A DNA stretch of 64,000 nucleotides, from NCBI GenBank assembly GCA_041582935.1, contig JBFHGU010000004.1, positions 25,390 through 89,389 on the forward strand, in the 5' to 3' direction. The stretch is from Pontiella sp. (GTDB lineage Bacteria > Verrucomicrobiota > Kiritimatiellia > Kiritimatiellales > Pontiellaceae). A program made the translations under genes and the position numbers. The notes under the pieces were generated by a model. That model ran no database searches. It was not told the origin of the DNA and saw nothing but the letters and a program-made list of their open reading frames with translations. Positions 19,039 to 30,744 of this stretch are shown piece after piece. Within the stretch, counting starts at the first letter, position 1; each line of letters starts with the position of its first letter.

Positions 19039-22000
19039 GGAACTTGTCTCCTTTTTTTTCGACGATTTGGTGCATCCTTTCACGGAGGCGCTGGAAGAGA
19101 ACATAGAGTGCCGGAACCAAAATGATGCCGAACAACGTGGCCGCCATCATTCCTGAGAATACGGTTTGACCAATCACCTGGCGGCTGGCGGCACCGGCGC
19201 CGGCGGCGAATACCATCGGCAGCACGCCGAGCACAAACGTGAAGGCGGTCATGAGGACCGCGCGGAAACGCTGGCCGGCCCCCTGGGCGGCGGCGTCGAG
19301 AATCGATAAGCCTTCCTCGCGTTTTGTCTTCGAGAACTCGACGATCAGAATGGCGTTTTTACTGGCCAGTCCAATCAGCAGCACCAATCCGAGCTGCGCA
19401 TAGATGGAGAGCGACAGCCCCACGGCATACAAACCTGCGAGCGCACCGAAAACGGCCACCGACACGGAGAGCATAACGGAAAGCGGGATGGTCCAGCTTT
19501 CGTACTGCGCCACAAGGAAGAGGAAGCCGAAGACGAGGGCCATCAGAAGCAGCGTCGTATTGCCGCCGGCGTTTGCCTCCTGGTAACTCAAACTCGACCA
19601 GTCGAACGTGTATCCATCCGGCAGCGATTCTTCGGCGAGCTGCGCAACTTTGGCCATGGCGTCGCCGCTGCTGACGCCCGACATAGCCATGGCATTGATC
19701 GTCGCGGAGGTGAACTTGTTGTAGCGGTCTACACTTCGCGGCGCCAGTGTGGTCTCGATCTTGACCAGTGAACCGAGCGGAACCATTTCGCCCAGCGTGT
19801 TCTGAACATACACCTTATCGAGGGAACTGCGGTTTTTACGATACATCCAGTCCGCCTGCACCATCACTTGGTTCACCTGACCATCCAGGTTTACATCGTT
19901 GACGTAGTAGGAACCCATATAGGTTTGAAGCGCACTGAAGATGGAGCTGACTTCCACTTTCATCAGCGCGGCTTTGGTGCGGTCGATATCCAGGAACAGA
20001 TGCGGGGTATCGGCGGAATAGCTGCTGAAGGCCAGCATGATTTCCGGCGCGGCATTGAGCTTCACCAGGAAGGACTGAAGAACACTCTGGAGCTCCTGCG
20101 GATCGCCGGTGCCGGTGTCCTGCAGCCGGATATCCATCCCGCCGCTGGTTCCCAGCCCCATAATGGCGGGCGGGACAAAGAGATTGATCTGCGCGCCCGG
20201 AACCGCCGCGAGGCGCTCCGTCATTTTCTGATTAATGCTGGCCGCCGATAACTCCGGCGTATCGCGATCCTCCCAGGGGTCGAGCCCGAGCATGAAAAAG
20301 CCCACATTTTCGCCGGAGCCGCCGATCATGCTGAACCCGGTAACCTGCATGGTAAACCGGATGCCCGGCTCATCGCCCAGCGGCTGAATGTACTGATCTA
20401 ACAGGGCTTCCGTGCGGTCAACCGAGGAGCCTTCGGGCAGCTGGATCGAGCCGAAGATGATGCCCTGGTCCTCTTCCGGCAGGAAGGAGGTGCTGCTCAT
20501 TTTTCCGAGCAGCCCGCAGCCCAGGAAGACAAAGGCGAGCAGCAGCAGGGTGATTCCAACGCGCCGCGCCAGACCGACCGAGATGCGGACATAGCCCTTG
20601 CGCACGCGGTCGAGACCATGGTTGAACATGCCCAGCGGCCCCCGCTCTTTCAAGGTAACCACCCGGAGTATCGTGGCGCATAACGCCGGACTCAGCGTCA
20701 GCGCATTGACCGTGGAGAAGAGCACTGCGGCGGAAATCGCGACCGCGAACTGCTGATAAATTTTACCGGTGATGCCGCTCATGAAGCCGACCGGAACAAA
20801 GATGGCGAGCAATACGAGCGTGGTTGCAATCACCGCACCGCTCACCTCTTCCATCGCTTTAATGGTTGCGCTTTTATGATCGAGCCCCTCCGACGTCATC
20901 AGCTCCAGGACGCGTTCCACCACCACAATGGCATCATCCACCACCAGCCCAATCGCGAGCACCAATCCGAACAGAGTCAGCGTGTTGATGGAATAGCCGA
21001 AAACGGCCAGTACACCAAACGTAGCACAGAGGGAGACGGGAATCGTCAGGGCAGGGATCAGCGTGGCGCGCCAATCCTGCAGGAAAATGTAGCAAACGAT
21101 GATGACGAGCAGGAACGTGAGTCCCAGGGTCGTTATAATTTCCTGAATCGAGCTGCGAACGAATTTGGTGGCATCATAGGCTACCTCGAGCACCATCCCG
21201 TCCGGAAGGCTGGGAGAAATCTCCTGAATGACCGCCTTGATCTCATCCATGGTATCAATGGCATTCGAACCGGACGTGCGGGCAATCCCCAGCGCCACCG
21301 ACTCCTCGCCGTCGAATTTTGAGCGCTGCATATAGTCATCCTGAGATACTTCAACGCGCGCCACATCTTTGAGGTAGACCACCGAGCCGTCTTCATCGGT
21401 ACGCACAATGATATTGGCAAAGTCGGCCTGATTATTCAGCCGTCCCTGGGCGGTGAGCGTATACATCATTTCGTCTTCGCTCTCATTCGGAGCGCCGCCC
21501 ACCGAACCAATGGAAGCCTGAATGTTTTGGTCGGTAATCGCCGATAAAACCTCTGAAGGGCTCAAGCCGAGCGCCGTAAGTCGATCGGCATCGAGCCAGA
21601 CACGCATCGAGCTTTGCGGGCCGTAAATCGTCGCGCTGCTGACACCGGGAATACGCTCCAGCAGCGGCTGGACGATTTTATAGCAGTAATCGCTCAGGTA
21701 GAGTCGATCACGGCTGCCGTCCGGCGAACGCATCACCAGGAAACCAAGCATATCCGAGGATTGGGTCTCCACGGTCACCCCCTGCTGCACCACGTCGGAA
21801 GGCAGCGAAGCCTCCGCCTGAGCAACCCGGTTCTGCACCTTCACCTGCGCCATATCGGGATCGGTTCCCACTTCGAAGGAGACGTTCAGCGTATAGCCGC
21901 CGCTGTTGTCGGAGCTCGACGACATGTAGATCATGTCCTCCACACCGTTCACGGCATCCTCAATGGGGGCTCCGACGGTGTTGGCCATCACTTCGGCACT

Positions 22001-22159
22001 GGCGCCGGGATAGCTGGCACTCACCACAACCTGCGGCGGTGTTACAGATGGATATTGCGCGATGGGCAGCGATTTCATCGCCAGGATGCCGGCCAGCATC
22101 AGGGTAATGGAAACCACGCCCGCTAAACGCGGTCGTTCAATAAATACTCTCGAAATCAT
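19031..22159 (-). CDS. RND efflux permease (HAE1/AcrB family)
   Basis: [52 protein letters not shown]. 1042 aa. Confidence 0.96.
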
Positions 22160-23289
22160 TATTCAGCTCCTGCAATCGTTACGGTTGCCGTTGTGCCGGG
22201 CTGCACTTTCTGAAGCCCTTCCACCACCACTTGCTCGCCCGTTTTCAGGCCGGCCGTCACTTCAATCATCGAACCCACCGTGATTCCGGTCTGGATGCGC
22301 TGCTCGCGGATGAGTCCTGTTTCATCGGCCACCAGCAAGTAGGCGCCGTCGGCATCGGTCAGCACGGCGCGCTGGGGAACGGCGAGACCCATGGTCGGGG
22401 TTTGTTCGCCCAGCAGAACCGTTACAAAGGTGCCCGGAACCAGCGTGCCTTCGTCATTGGGGAAGGCGTAGCGTATGGCCAGCGTTCCTGTGGTTTCGTT
22501 GATTTCATTATCCGAAAAGTCAACGTATCCTGTCGCCCCGAACGTCGATCCGTCGGGAAGCTTCAGCTGCCCCACCAGATCGGTTTTATTCGCGGTCAGC
22601 AGGTCGTAATAAATGCGGTCGGGCAGCGAAAAGACCACGCGGACGGGATTGAGCTGAACAATGCGCGCCAGGGAGTCGGATGTACTGGAAACGTAGTTCC
22701 CTTTTGTAACCAGTGCGCGGCCGATGCGCCCGCTGATGGGCGCGCGGATTTCGGTGTAGGCCAGATCGATTTCTGCAAGGTTCAGATTGGCTTCTGCCTG
22801 CTTGAGGGCAGCCGCAGCCTGCAGCTGATCACTCTCCGCCGTATCCAGATCCGACTGCGAAACGCCTTTTTCCGAAGCGGCCTGGAGGCGCTTGAGATAT
22901 TTGTCCGCACGGGCAAGCTCCGCCTGTGCCTGCGCCAGCTCCGCCTGCCGCACCTGTACGGTGGCCTGATACTGACGCTGATCGATGGTAAACAGCAGAT
23001 CGCCTTCGTTGACCTGTGCGCCTTCTTCAAAATGAACGGCCGTCACATAACCAGCCACTTCGCTGCTGACGTCTACTTCCTGGATCGGCTCCACTTTACC
23101 AATGTGCTCAACCGGTGTATCGAGAGCAATCATTTCGGCGAGCTGCACGTCAACTGCGGGCGCGCCCATGCCGCCGGGCCCCGCCATCGGCGGACCGCCG
23201 CTCGGCATCATCTTCGCGGCAAAAAAGCCAACCGCAATGCCCATGACCATGCTGATTAAAAAAACGATAATGATCTCTATGGTTTTCAT
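22159..23289 (-). CDS. RND efflux periplasmic adaptor (MFP)
   Basis: [44 protein letters not shown]. Confidence 0.93.
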   Translation of the reverse strand: MKTIEIIIVFLISMVMGIAVGFFAAKMMPSGGPPMAGPGGMGAPAVDVQLAEMIALDTPVEHIGKVEPIQEVDVSSEVAGYVTAVHFEEGAQVNEGDLLFTIDQRQYQATVQVRQAELAQAQAELARADKYLKRLQAASEKGVSQSDLDTAESDQLQAAAALKQAEANLNLAEIDLAYTEIRAPISGRIGRALVTKGNYVSSTSDSLARIVQLNPVRVVFSLPDRIYYDLLTANKTDLVGQLKLPDGSTFGATGYVDFSDNEINETTGTLAIRYAFPNDEGTLVPGTFVTVLLGEQTPTMGLAVPQRAVLTDADGAYLLVADETGLIREQRIQTGITVGSMIEVTAGLKTGEQVVVEGLQKVQPGTTATVTIAGAE

Positions 23290-23946
23290 TTATTCGACTC
23301 CTTGGTTTCTACCATCAGTTGCTGCCGGCGTTGTGCCGTCTGTTGTATTGCTCATTAACAAATTAAAATTTTCATCGAGCATCCCGATAAAGCGCTCAAA
23401 GGTGATGTTTCCCATCAGGGCCATCGTTAAACCGCCGGTAAAAGCGGCAACCAAATGCTCCACCACGCGGGCCGGATCAATGTGTTTCGGCAGTACACCG
23501 CGCTGGTGCAGATGATTAAACGCCGATTGAAATTCGGACAGGTGCTCGCTGCGTATCCGCATCATTTTCTCGCGGGCCTTGGGAACGATCTCCGACGACC
23601 ACTCCACCTGAAACGCGCAGAAATATTCGAACTGCTGCTCGCGCTTATTCACGAGAAGTCCCTTTTCCAATCCGTTTTTAAGAATGAACCGCAGGTCGTC
23701 TACCGTCGTGATTTCCGCTAAGTCAAAAGCTTCCGGATGCATCGATTCGCCGTATTCCAGCAGCGCAATCAGCAGCTCCTCCTTGGTTTTGAAGTGCCAG
23801 TAGACCGCGCCTTTGCTCAATCCGATCGCCTCGGCAATATCCACGAACGTCGAGCGCGAATAGCCCTTGATGGAAAACACGTCCAGCGCCGCATCTAAAA
23901 TCTGCTGCCGCGTCTGATCTGCTTCCTCTTTTGTTTTTCTAGCCAT
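23290..23946 (-). CDS. TetR/AcrR-family regulator (copy 1)
   Basis: MARKTKEEADQTRQQILDAAL...IAEAIGLSKGAVYWHFKTK. Confidence 0.93.
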   Translation of the reverse strand: MARKTKEEADQTRQQILDAALDVFSIKGYSRSTFVDIAEAIGLSKGAVYWHFKTKEELLIALLEYGESMHPEAFDLAEITTVDDLRFILKNGLEKGLLVNKREQQFEYFCAFQVEWSSEIVPKAREKMMRIRSEHLSEFQSAFNHLHQRGVLPKHIDPARVVEHLVAAFTGGLTMALMGNITFERFIGMLDENFNLLMSNTTDGTTPAATDGRNQGVE

Positions 23947-24196
23947 GGATTCTCCCGTTTAAGCGGGGGCTTTCAAAGGCATCAGGCCCCATCGATTCCC
24001 CGTATTCCAGCAGCTCAATCAAAAGCGCTTCCTTGGTTTTGAAGTGCCGGTCGACCTCGCCTTTGCTCAATCCGGCCGCGGCGGCCATATCCTCGAACGT
24101 CGTGCACGAATAGCCCTTACGGCAAAACACATCCAGCGCCGCATCTAAAATCCGCCGGCGCGTCTGATCGGCTCGCGCTTTTGTTTTTCCTGCCAT
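23939..24196 (-). pseudogene. Truncated TetR/AcrR duplicate (copy 2)
   Basis: Collinear with copies 1 and 3 up to PDAF, then runs into the upstream region of copy 1. Recognition helix reads SKGEVDRHF instead of SKGAVYWHF. Confidence 0.8.
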
Positions 24197-24223
24197 CGGA
24201 ACTCCCGGTTAAGTGGGGGCATC

Positions 24224-24251
24224 TATACATACCTACCTACCGGTATGTATA
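24224..24251. promoter_or_regulatory. Putative TetR operator
   Basis: Perfect inverted repeat TATACATACC-N8-GGTATGTATA, resembling AcrR-type TACATAC...GTATGTA operators. Confidence 0.75.
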
Positions 24252-24505
24252 TAAAAAAGTAGAAATATTTTCAGCTCAGGAGAAATAGAGGGGCCGCGAA
24301 AGACTGCCGATTGGTCAGCGGGCGGCTTTAAAACGCTGTCGATCCAGCATCGGTTTTCCACCACCCGCTCGCGAACTCACCCGCCGCGCTCAAGTGCGGC
24401 AGGCGGCCCAAGGGGCAAGTATGTACAAACCAAACCGGCAGGATCCTGCCGGAAAAGAAGAGCAAGCAGGACGCTCACTCAACTTCTATTTTCTGCGGCC
24501 TGGAT

Positions 24506-25162
24506 TTATTCAACACCCGGACTGCTGCGGTCAGCGGCTTCCGGCGCTGCGCCGTCCATCTGATACTTCATCAGCATGTCAAAATTATCGTCGAGCATTT
24601 CAATAAAGCGCTCGTAGGTGATGTTCCCCATCAGGGCCAACGATAAACCGCCGGTAAAAGCGGCCACCATATGCTCCACCACACGCGCCGGGTCAATATG
24701 CTGCGGCAAAACACCGATCTTGTGCAGACGGTCAAACGCCGCGTGAAAAACAGCCAGATGCTCGCTGCGCAGCTGGATCATTTTCTCGCGGGCCGCGGGA
24801 ACGAGTTCGGACGACCACTCCACCTGAAAGGCGCAGAAATATTCGAACTGCTGCTCGCGCTTATTCACGAGAATTCCTTTTCTCAGCCCCTCCCGAAGCA
24901 TGACACGCAGGTCATCCACCGTCGTAATTTTAGAAATATCGAAGGCTTCCGGATGCATCGATTCGCCGTAATCCAGCAGTGCCATCAGCAGCTCTTCCTT
25001 GGTTTTAAAGTGCCAGTAGACCGCGCCTTTGCTCAATCCGATCGCTTCGGCAATATCCACAAACGTCGAGCGCGAATAGCCCTTGAGGCAAAACACATCC
25101 AGCGCTGCATCTAAAATCTGCTGCCGGGTCTGATCGGCTTCTGCTTTTGTTTTTCTAGCCAT
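24506..25162 (-). CDS. TetR/AcrR-family regulator (copy 3)
   Basis: 218 aa, same length as copy 1 and highly similar along its whole length. Confidence 0.93.
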   Translation of the reverse strand: MARKTKAEADQTRQQILDAALDVFCLKGYSRSTFVDIAEAIGLSKGAVYWHFKTKEELLMALLDYGESMHPEAFDISKITTVDDLRVMLREGLRKGILVNKREQQFEYFCAFQVEWSSELVPAAREKMIQLRSEHLAVFHAAFDRLHKIGVLPQHIDPARVVEHMVAAFTGGLSLALMGNITYERFIEMLDDNFDMLMKYQMDGAAPEAADRSSPGVE

Positions 25163-25191
25163 TACTGCTCCCGCTTAAATTGAGGGGCATT

Positions 25192-25219
25192 TATACAAAC
25201 CTCTCGGCAGGTATGCATC
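25192..25219. promoter_or_regulatory. Degenerate copy of the TetR operator
   Basis: TATACAAACC-N8-GGTATGCATC, with the same spacing and similar position relative to the ATG as 24224-24251. Confidence 0.6.
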
Positions 25220-25395
25220 CCCGAAACGGCAGTTTCGGCGGTCAGGATAGAAACAGAACCGTGCACCCCGCCAGGTATGCAGCACCGACTCTTTTATTTT
25301 TTGCTTCAACAAATGCGCCGAAGGGGGATTCGATTTTCTGCCTGGCCGCAGCATGCGCAAAGCGGTTCCCTTTGCGTATGCTGCGGTTCCCCGCA

Positions 25396-26199
25396 CTATT
25401 GAGCCGCCGCATCGACGAGGAATTCGGATGCAGGAACGGCCTCGCGGTACTCTTTGACCCGGATATTGCGGTAAAAGATCTCCGCGGTTTCAGCCTGAAA
25501 ACCAAAATTCCCGGAAGACGGCTTCAGGTTAAAGGCCATATTAACCACCTCACCATTGAGCTTATGAATGGCGTACTCGCCCCCCATCACAATGATTTCG
25601 CACGCATTCCACTGATCATCCAGCGCATGATAATTCCGGGCGGGGGCCGCATAGTGAAGCCAGCCCTTGGGATAAATTTTTCCGCCCTCATCCGGATGAA
25701 GATACGTTCCGTCTTCTCCGGCATACCAGTCATATCCCGCGCCCGTCGGACGAATCAGGTCGCCGGTGTGGCTGCGGTTGTTTCCGTCGTCATAACGAAT
25801 CTGATACTCAATTCCGACCGGCCACACGGCATCATTGCTGACGTGGTAATACACGCCGGCATCATACTGCCAGCGCGCAAAATTATTCGCCCGCCGCTTA
25901 CCCCACTTATACTCAAACCGCAGCACATAGTTGGTGTACTGCTTATCGCAGTAAAACAGCCCGTGCGTGTCATTCTCACCGGTGTCTAATTTATACGGAT
26001 CAGGAAACTGATCGTTAAACACATGAACCGCGCTCTCCTCGACGGTAAAAACCTTCTTTGCCATCGCCGCATCACCGCTGCGGATTTTCAGGTACCATCC
26101 CTCAAAGTTTTCACCGTTAAAAATCGACTCAAAGCCCTCCTCCGCCCAGCTCGTTCCCAGCAGCATCAGACTCACCAGCATCAACCATCGTTTCTTCAT
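25396..26199 (-). CDS. DUF1080 (3-keto-disaccharide hydrolase) family exported protein
   Basis: Signal peptide, GFESIFNGENFEGW, LRFEYKW, IEYQI, QWNACEI, FQAETAEIFYRNIRVK. Confidence 0.88.
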   Translation of the reverse strand: MKKRWLMLVSLMLLGTSWAEEGFESIFNGENFEGWYLKIRSGDAAMAKKVFTVEESAVHVFNDQFPDPYKLDTGENDTHGLFYCDKQYTNYVLRFEYKWGKRRANNFARWQYDAGVYYHVSNDAVWPVGIEYQIRYDDGNNRSHTGDLIRPTGAGYDWYAGEDGTYLHPDEGGKIYPKGWLHYAAPARNYHALDDQWNACEIIVMGGEYAIHKLNGEVVNMAFNLKPSSGNFGFQAETAEIFYRNIRVKEYREAVPASEFLVDAAAQ

Positions 26200-26254
26200 G
26201 TTACCGCCCTCCCTTTCATTCATTTTAATCCGCCGGACAGTCCGGGCGCAGCAC

Positions 26255-27220
26255 TCACTCCTTCAGCACAAATTTCCGACTCATTCTTGTTCCAGCCGTT
26301 GGAAAATCATCCGGAACGGGCTGTGTAACCCTGCCCGTTGCCGCCCACTCGGCACCGCGGGTAAAGGTGACGATAAAATCGACGCCTTCGCAGGAATAAT
26401 CGTCGTGACCGAGCGTGGTGTGGAAGATGCGCCCCTTGCCGTAATCAATCACCATCAGCATCGGTTCATGCCGATCGGTCGGGGCTTTGCCCGAATGATC
26501 CTTTCCGGTTGCGAGAACGGTCAAATTTTCAGCCGGACCGCGCAGCAGCGCATAGCACTCATCCTTCGCGGTCAGCCAGGTTTCGGGCAGCCCCTTGGTG
26601 ATGGGATGATCTTTCACCCGCAGCGTCATGCCGATATGGTTTTGAGGCCCATGCTTTCCGCAGCCGCCCGGCGTATCCGCATCGCGCACCAGCACGCCGT
26701 CATTCGTGTAAAACAGATACGCACCGCTGCTCTGGTCACGCCCGCCCCACCCGCCAAGGCCGATCATTTTATTGTATTCGCTCCACTGCCCAAAGCAGTT
26801 ATCGGCCGCATGCACCGACACAAAACCGCCGCCGTTCTGCATATACGCCTCAAACGCCCGCTGCGTCGCCTCCGGCCAGTCGGCCGCACTGTTTCCGAAA
26901 TTCGAAATCACCACAGCATAGTCGGAAAAATCCGGCGCAAAATCCGGATCCGGCTTCGGTTTCTTTAAATCCTCGCTGCCGCCCGCATTGGCCAGCGCAA
27001 GAAAAGCCTGCTCGCGCTCCGCCTTCCACGTAAAGCAGGTGCGCTGCACATCCACCTCAAACAGCCCCGTCTCTTCGAGATACTGCTTCATCATGATCGT
27101 CGACTTCGGCCACACCGCATGATTGTTCTGCCCATCAACAATCAGCGCCTTCATCTTTTCTCCAAACGCCGGCGACACCAGCAAAAGCCCCGCGGCAATC
27201 CACACTGTTTTATTCATCAT
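26255..27220 (-). CDS. ThuA-like domain exported protein
   Basis: Signal peptide, LIVDGQNNH, GGGFVSVHAA, HPITKGLP, DECY, YGKGRIFHTTLGH, RGAEWAA. Confidence 0.88.
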   Translation of the reverse strand: MMNKTVWIAAGLLLVSPAFGEKMKALIVDGQNNHAVWPKSTIMMKQYLEETGLFEVDVQRTCFTWKAEREQAFLALANAGGSEDLKKPKPDPDFAPDFSDYAVVISNFGNSAADWPEATQRAFEAYMQNGGGFVSVHAADNCFGQWSEYNKMIGLGGWGGRDQSSGAYLFYTNDGVLVRDADTPGGCGKHGPQNHIGMTLRVKDHPITKGLPETWLTAKDECYALLRGPAENLTVLATGKDHSGKAPTDRHEPMLMVIDYGKGRIFHTTLGHDDYSCEGVDFIVTFTRGAEWAATGRVTQPVPDDFPTAGTRMSRKFVLKE

Positions 27221-27421
27221 CCATTCCCTGTTTATCGAACGGCTCATCAGACACGCAGCGCCCGACGCTCCCCCCGCCTGCAGCGCATGCCGCCGGCTTC
27301 CACTCAACGATTCCGATTTAGAAGCGCAGAGCATACGACGCCCCGACACCAATGTCTTTAAAATGCTGACCCAAAACCCGTACCGCCTCCGCCCCTGCGT
27401 TTGCACATCCCGGGAAATACG

Positions 27422-27448
27422 AAAAAAGCCCCGCTCATTGCGGGGCTT
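27422..27448 (-). terminator. Intrinsic terminator of the ABC-F gene
   Basis: AAAAAAGCCCCGC-TCATT-GCGGGGCTT. Confidence 0.75.
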
Positions 27449-27512
27449 CGATGCGAATGAGGACGGCGCGGACAGGATCACGCCGTACAGACATAATCCC
27501 GCGCCGCGCTCG

Positions 27513-29105
27513 CTATTTCTTACTGCGCTTCATCGCTTCGTAATCCTCCAGCGTGCCGGGATAGTCGATGATGCCGGTTTCGGTGACTTCGAAAATCCGG
27601 GTGGCCAGCGTGGAGATAAACCGATGGTCGTGGGAGACAAACAGCAGGGTGTTCGGAAAGAGTGACAGACCAAAGTTGAGCGCCTCGATCGATTCCAGGT
27701 CGAGGTGGTTGGTCGGCTCGTCGAGGGCGAGCACGTTACCGCCTTCCATCGTCATTTTAGAGATGATCAGCCGCGCCTTTTCACCGCCGCTCAGCACGCC
27801 GACCTGTTTCAGGACATCTTCGCCGCGGAACAGCATCCGGCCCATAAAGGAGCGGAGTTCCACTTCGTTATATTCCCCGTTGCCGAAACGGCCCAGCCAC
27901 TCCAGCGCCGTGACGTCCGGATCGAGAATATGCGAAGCATCCTGCGGGAACATGCCGATTTCAACGGTTTCGCCGAAATTCACCTTGCCGCTGTCGCTTT
28001 CCAGCTCTTTACAGAGCACGTTCAGCAGCGTGGTCTTGCCGATGCCGTTTTTACCGATGATGGCGATGCGCTCCTCCGGCCCGATCGTGCAGGAGAAATC
28101 CTTAAACAGCACTTCGTCGTAGGCCTTGGAAACCTTTTTGGCCTCTATCACCTTATCGCCGAGGCGGTTTTTCGGATTAAAGCGGATGAACGGCGAAACA
28201 CGGCTGCTCGGCTTGATTTTGGTGACCTCGAGTTTTTCGAGCTGCTTTTTGCGCGAGGTCGCCTGCTTGGCTTTCGAGGCGTTGGAGCTGAAGCGCGAAA
28301 TGAAGGCCTTCAGGTCGTTGGCCTGCTTTTCGACTTTCTTATTCGCCTTCTCCTGCTGTTCGCGGGCATCGAGGGCGGCGATGGTGAAGTCGTCATAGTT
28401 CCCCGGGAACATCCGGATTTCATGGTAGTCGAGGTCGGCAATATGCGTGCAGACCTGGTTCAGGAAAAAGCGGTCGTGCGAGATGGTGATCAGCGTGCCG
28501 GCATACCGCTTGAGCAGCTCCACCAGCCATTCAATCGATTCCATGTCCAGGTGGTTGGTCGGTTCGTCGAGCAGCAGGATGTCCGGCTGGCCGAACAGCA
28601 CCTGCGCCAGCAGGACGCGCAGTTTAAAACCGCCCTGCAGCACGGTCATATTCTGCTCAAACAGGTCCTCCGTAAAACCCAGCCCCACCAGCAGCGTCGC
28701 GGCCTCAGCCTCCATGGTATAACCGCCGGCCTCGCCGAACTCATCCTCAATATGGCCGCACCGCTCGTTCTCTTCGTCGGTCAGTTCGTCCTTCTCGTAA
28801 AGATATTCCCGCTCGCAGTGGATTTTCCACAGCTCGGGATTGCCCATGTAGACCGTATCAATGATCGAATATTTATCGAACGCCGAATGGTCCTGCCGCA
28901 GGTAGCCGAGCGTGCAGTCATTCCCGATCGCCACCTCGCCCTCGCTCTGCTGCAGCTGCCCGGTGAGGATTTTCATAAAGGTCGATTTACCCGACCCGTT
29001 CGCCCCGATCAGGCCGTAGCGGTTGCCCGGAGTAAACTTTACGGAAACATCCTCGAAAAGAGCATCGGTACCGAAACGCATCGTTATGTTTGAAGTCGCG
29101 ATCAT
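27513..29105 (-). CDS. ABC-F family ATPase (YbiT-like)
   Basis: Two Walker A motifs (GANGSGKST, GKNGIGKTT), two LDEPTNHLD, no TM segments. Confidence 0.93.
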   Translation of the reverse strand: MIATSNITMRFGTDALFEDVSVKFTPGNRYGLIGANGSGKSTFMKILTGQLQQSEGEVAIGNDCTLGYLRQDHSAFDKYSIIDTVYMGNPELWKIHCEREYLYEKDELTDEENERCGHIEDEFGEAGGYTMEAEAATLLVGLGFTEDLFEQNMTVLQGGFKLRVLLAQVLFGQPDILLLDEPTNHLDMESIEWLVELLKRYAGTLITISHDRFFLNQVCTHIADLDYHEIRMFPGNYDDFTIAALDAREQQEKANKKVEKQANDLKAFISRFSSNASKAKQATSRKKQLEKLEVTKIKPSSRVSPFIRFNPKNRLGDKVIEAKKVSKAYDEVLFKDFSCTIGPEERIAIIGKNGIGKTTLLNVLCKELESDSGKVNFGETVEIGMFPQDASHILDPDVTALEWLGRFGNGEYNEVELRSFMGRMLFRGEDVLKQVGVLSGGEKARLIISKMTMEGGNVLALDEPTNHLDLESIEALNFGLSLFPNTLLFVSHDHRFISTLATRIFEVTETGIIDYPGTLEDYEAMKRSKK

Positions 29106-29273
29106 AGTGCAAATATCCTGTTTTAAGTCCAAAAAGAGCGCGCTTCTATAACAGGAACCGCGCGGTGAACCGAATGGTTTCGCCATAAAAACCCGCCCGC
29201 GGCGCCGCCGTATGCCGCGAATCCGGCCTAAAAACATTTCCCCGCCGGGGCGTTTTGCCTACTCTCCGTCCCC

Positions 29274-30059
29274 ATGCAGATTTCCTTTTCAAGATGCAGC
29301 CGGCGGCTGTTTGCCGGCCTGGTGCTCGCAGTTTCCGGAAGCCTGGCGCTGTCGGCTCTCGGCGCCGAGGCATCGTACAAAATCCTGAAAACGGCCGATC
29401 ACGATCCATCCCTTTTCACGCAGGGGCTGATTGTCGACGGCGGCGACCTGATTGAAAGCGCGGGCCTCTACGGACACTCCCGCATCGTGCGTTACCGCGC
29501 CGCCACCGGACGCGTACTCCGCAGCACCGTCCTGCCCGCCTCGGTTTTTGCCGAAGGCCTGGAACAGTACAACGGCTCGCTCTACCTGCTGACCTGGCGC
29601 GAAAATACTGCCTTCCGGCTCGATCCGCACGACTTCAGCATCCAGCAGCAATTCCCCCTTGAAACCGAGGGCTGGGGACTGACCCACAACGGCGAGCACT
29701 TTATCCAGAGCGACGGCTCTGCCACGCTCTACTTCCGCAGCAGCGAAACCTTCAAGGTTGAGAAGAAACTGATCGTGCACGACGGCGCGCGGCGATGCAG
29801 CAGCCTGAACGAGCTCGAATATGCGCACGGACTGGTCTGGGCCAATGTATTCATGACGTCCACCATTCTCGCCATTTCGCCGGACAGCGGGCAGGCGGTC
29901 TATTCGCTGGATCTCGCCGCCCTGGCCGCCCCGCAGCGGAAAATCGACTTCAACAACGTGCTCAACGGCATTGCCTACGACCCCGAACAGGATGCGTTCT
30001 GGATCACCGGCAAACGCTGGAACAAACGCTACCTGATCAAAATTTTCCCGCCGGAATAA
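29274..30059 (+). CDS. Glutaminyl-peptide cyclotransferase (bacterial/plant type)
   Basis: FTQGL, ESAGLYG, FAEGL, LTW, EGWGLT, SDGS, LNELE, VLNGIAYD, TGKRW. Confidence 0.92.
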   Translation: MQISFSRCSRRLFAGLVLAVSGSLALSALGAEASYKILKTADHDPSLFTQGLIVDGGDLIESAGLYGHSRIVRYRAATGRVLRSTVLPASVFAEGLEQYNGSLYLLTWRENTAFRLDPHDFSIQQQFPLETEGWGLTHNGEHFIQSDGSATLYFRSSETFKVEKKLIVHDGARRCSSLNELEYAHGLVWANVFMTSTILAISPDSGQAVYSLDLAALAAPQRKIDFNNVLNGIAYDPEQDAFWITGKRWNKRYLIKIFPPE

Positions 30060-30071
30060 CCTCGCCGGTTT

Positions 30072-30560
30072 CTAGCGCGGTTTTTTGAAAGGCGAACCGG
30101 AAAACTTCGATTTAAACGAACTCTCGGACGGCTCTTCGGCTTTCCAGTCGTCGTGCCGCGGTGTCCGTGAACGGCGCGGTGCAGCCTGCGCCCGGGGCGG
30201 CGCATCGCCCTCCCGCTCAGCGCGGAGCTTCGCCAGCTGCTCCTGCGATAAAACCGCCGGCTTCTTCGGCTTCACTCCGAGGGGAAAACCGCGCTCCCGC
30301 GGTTTCAGCTCCATCTGCTCCGGACTGCCCTTCGGCATGCCCTTAAACGAATAGAGATAAAACTCCTCCACCCGGTTGCGCGCCCACTCCGCCTTCTTCA
30401 GAAACGCCAGCGCACTCGGAATCGTCGGCTGAATCCGAAAACACTTCAGCTCAATCGCGGCATCCAGCGTCCGCCATCCGTAAAATTCCACCAGCTCGGT
30501 CAGCATGGCCTCGGCCGACAGCCCGTGCAGCGGACTGTTCTGCAGTTCATCATTCGACAT
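30072..30560 (-). CDS. VF530 (DUF2132) family putative DNA-binding protein
   Basis: SPLHGLSAEAMLTELVEFYGW...CF...SALAFLKKAEWARNRVEEFYL. Confidence 0.85.
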   Translation of the reverse strand: MSNDELQNSPLHGLSAEAMLTELVEFYGWRTLDAAIELKCFRIQPTIPSALAFLKKAEWARNRVEEFYLYSFKGMPKGSPEQMELKPRERGFPLGVKPKKPAVLSQEQLAKLRAEREGDAPPRAQAAPRRSRTPRHDDWKAEEPSESSFKSKFSGSPFKKPR

Positions 30561-30744
30561 AAAGAAATCCTCTCTCATAAACCGCCGGACTATACAGGCG
30601 ATCCCCGAAAACCGCAGGACTTAAAGCGCGCTTTCTATCCATAAGCCTGCGCCCCGCCCAATCCGGCCGTATGCCCAGCCGCCGGACGAACTCGTCCGCA
30701 TAAAACATTTCCCTGCCGGAAGCTTTCCCCTACTCTCCGCCGCC

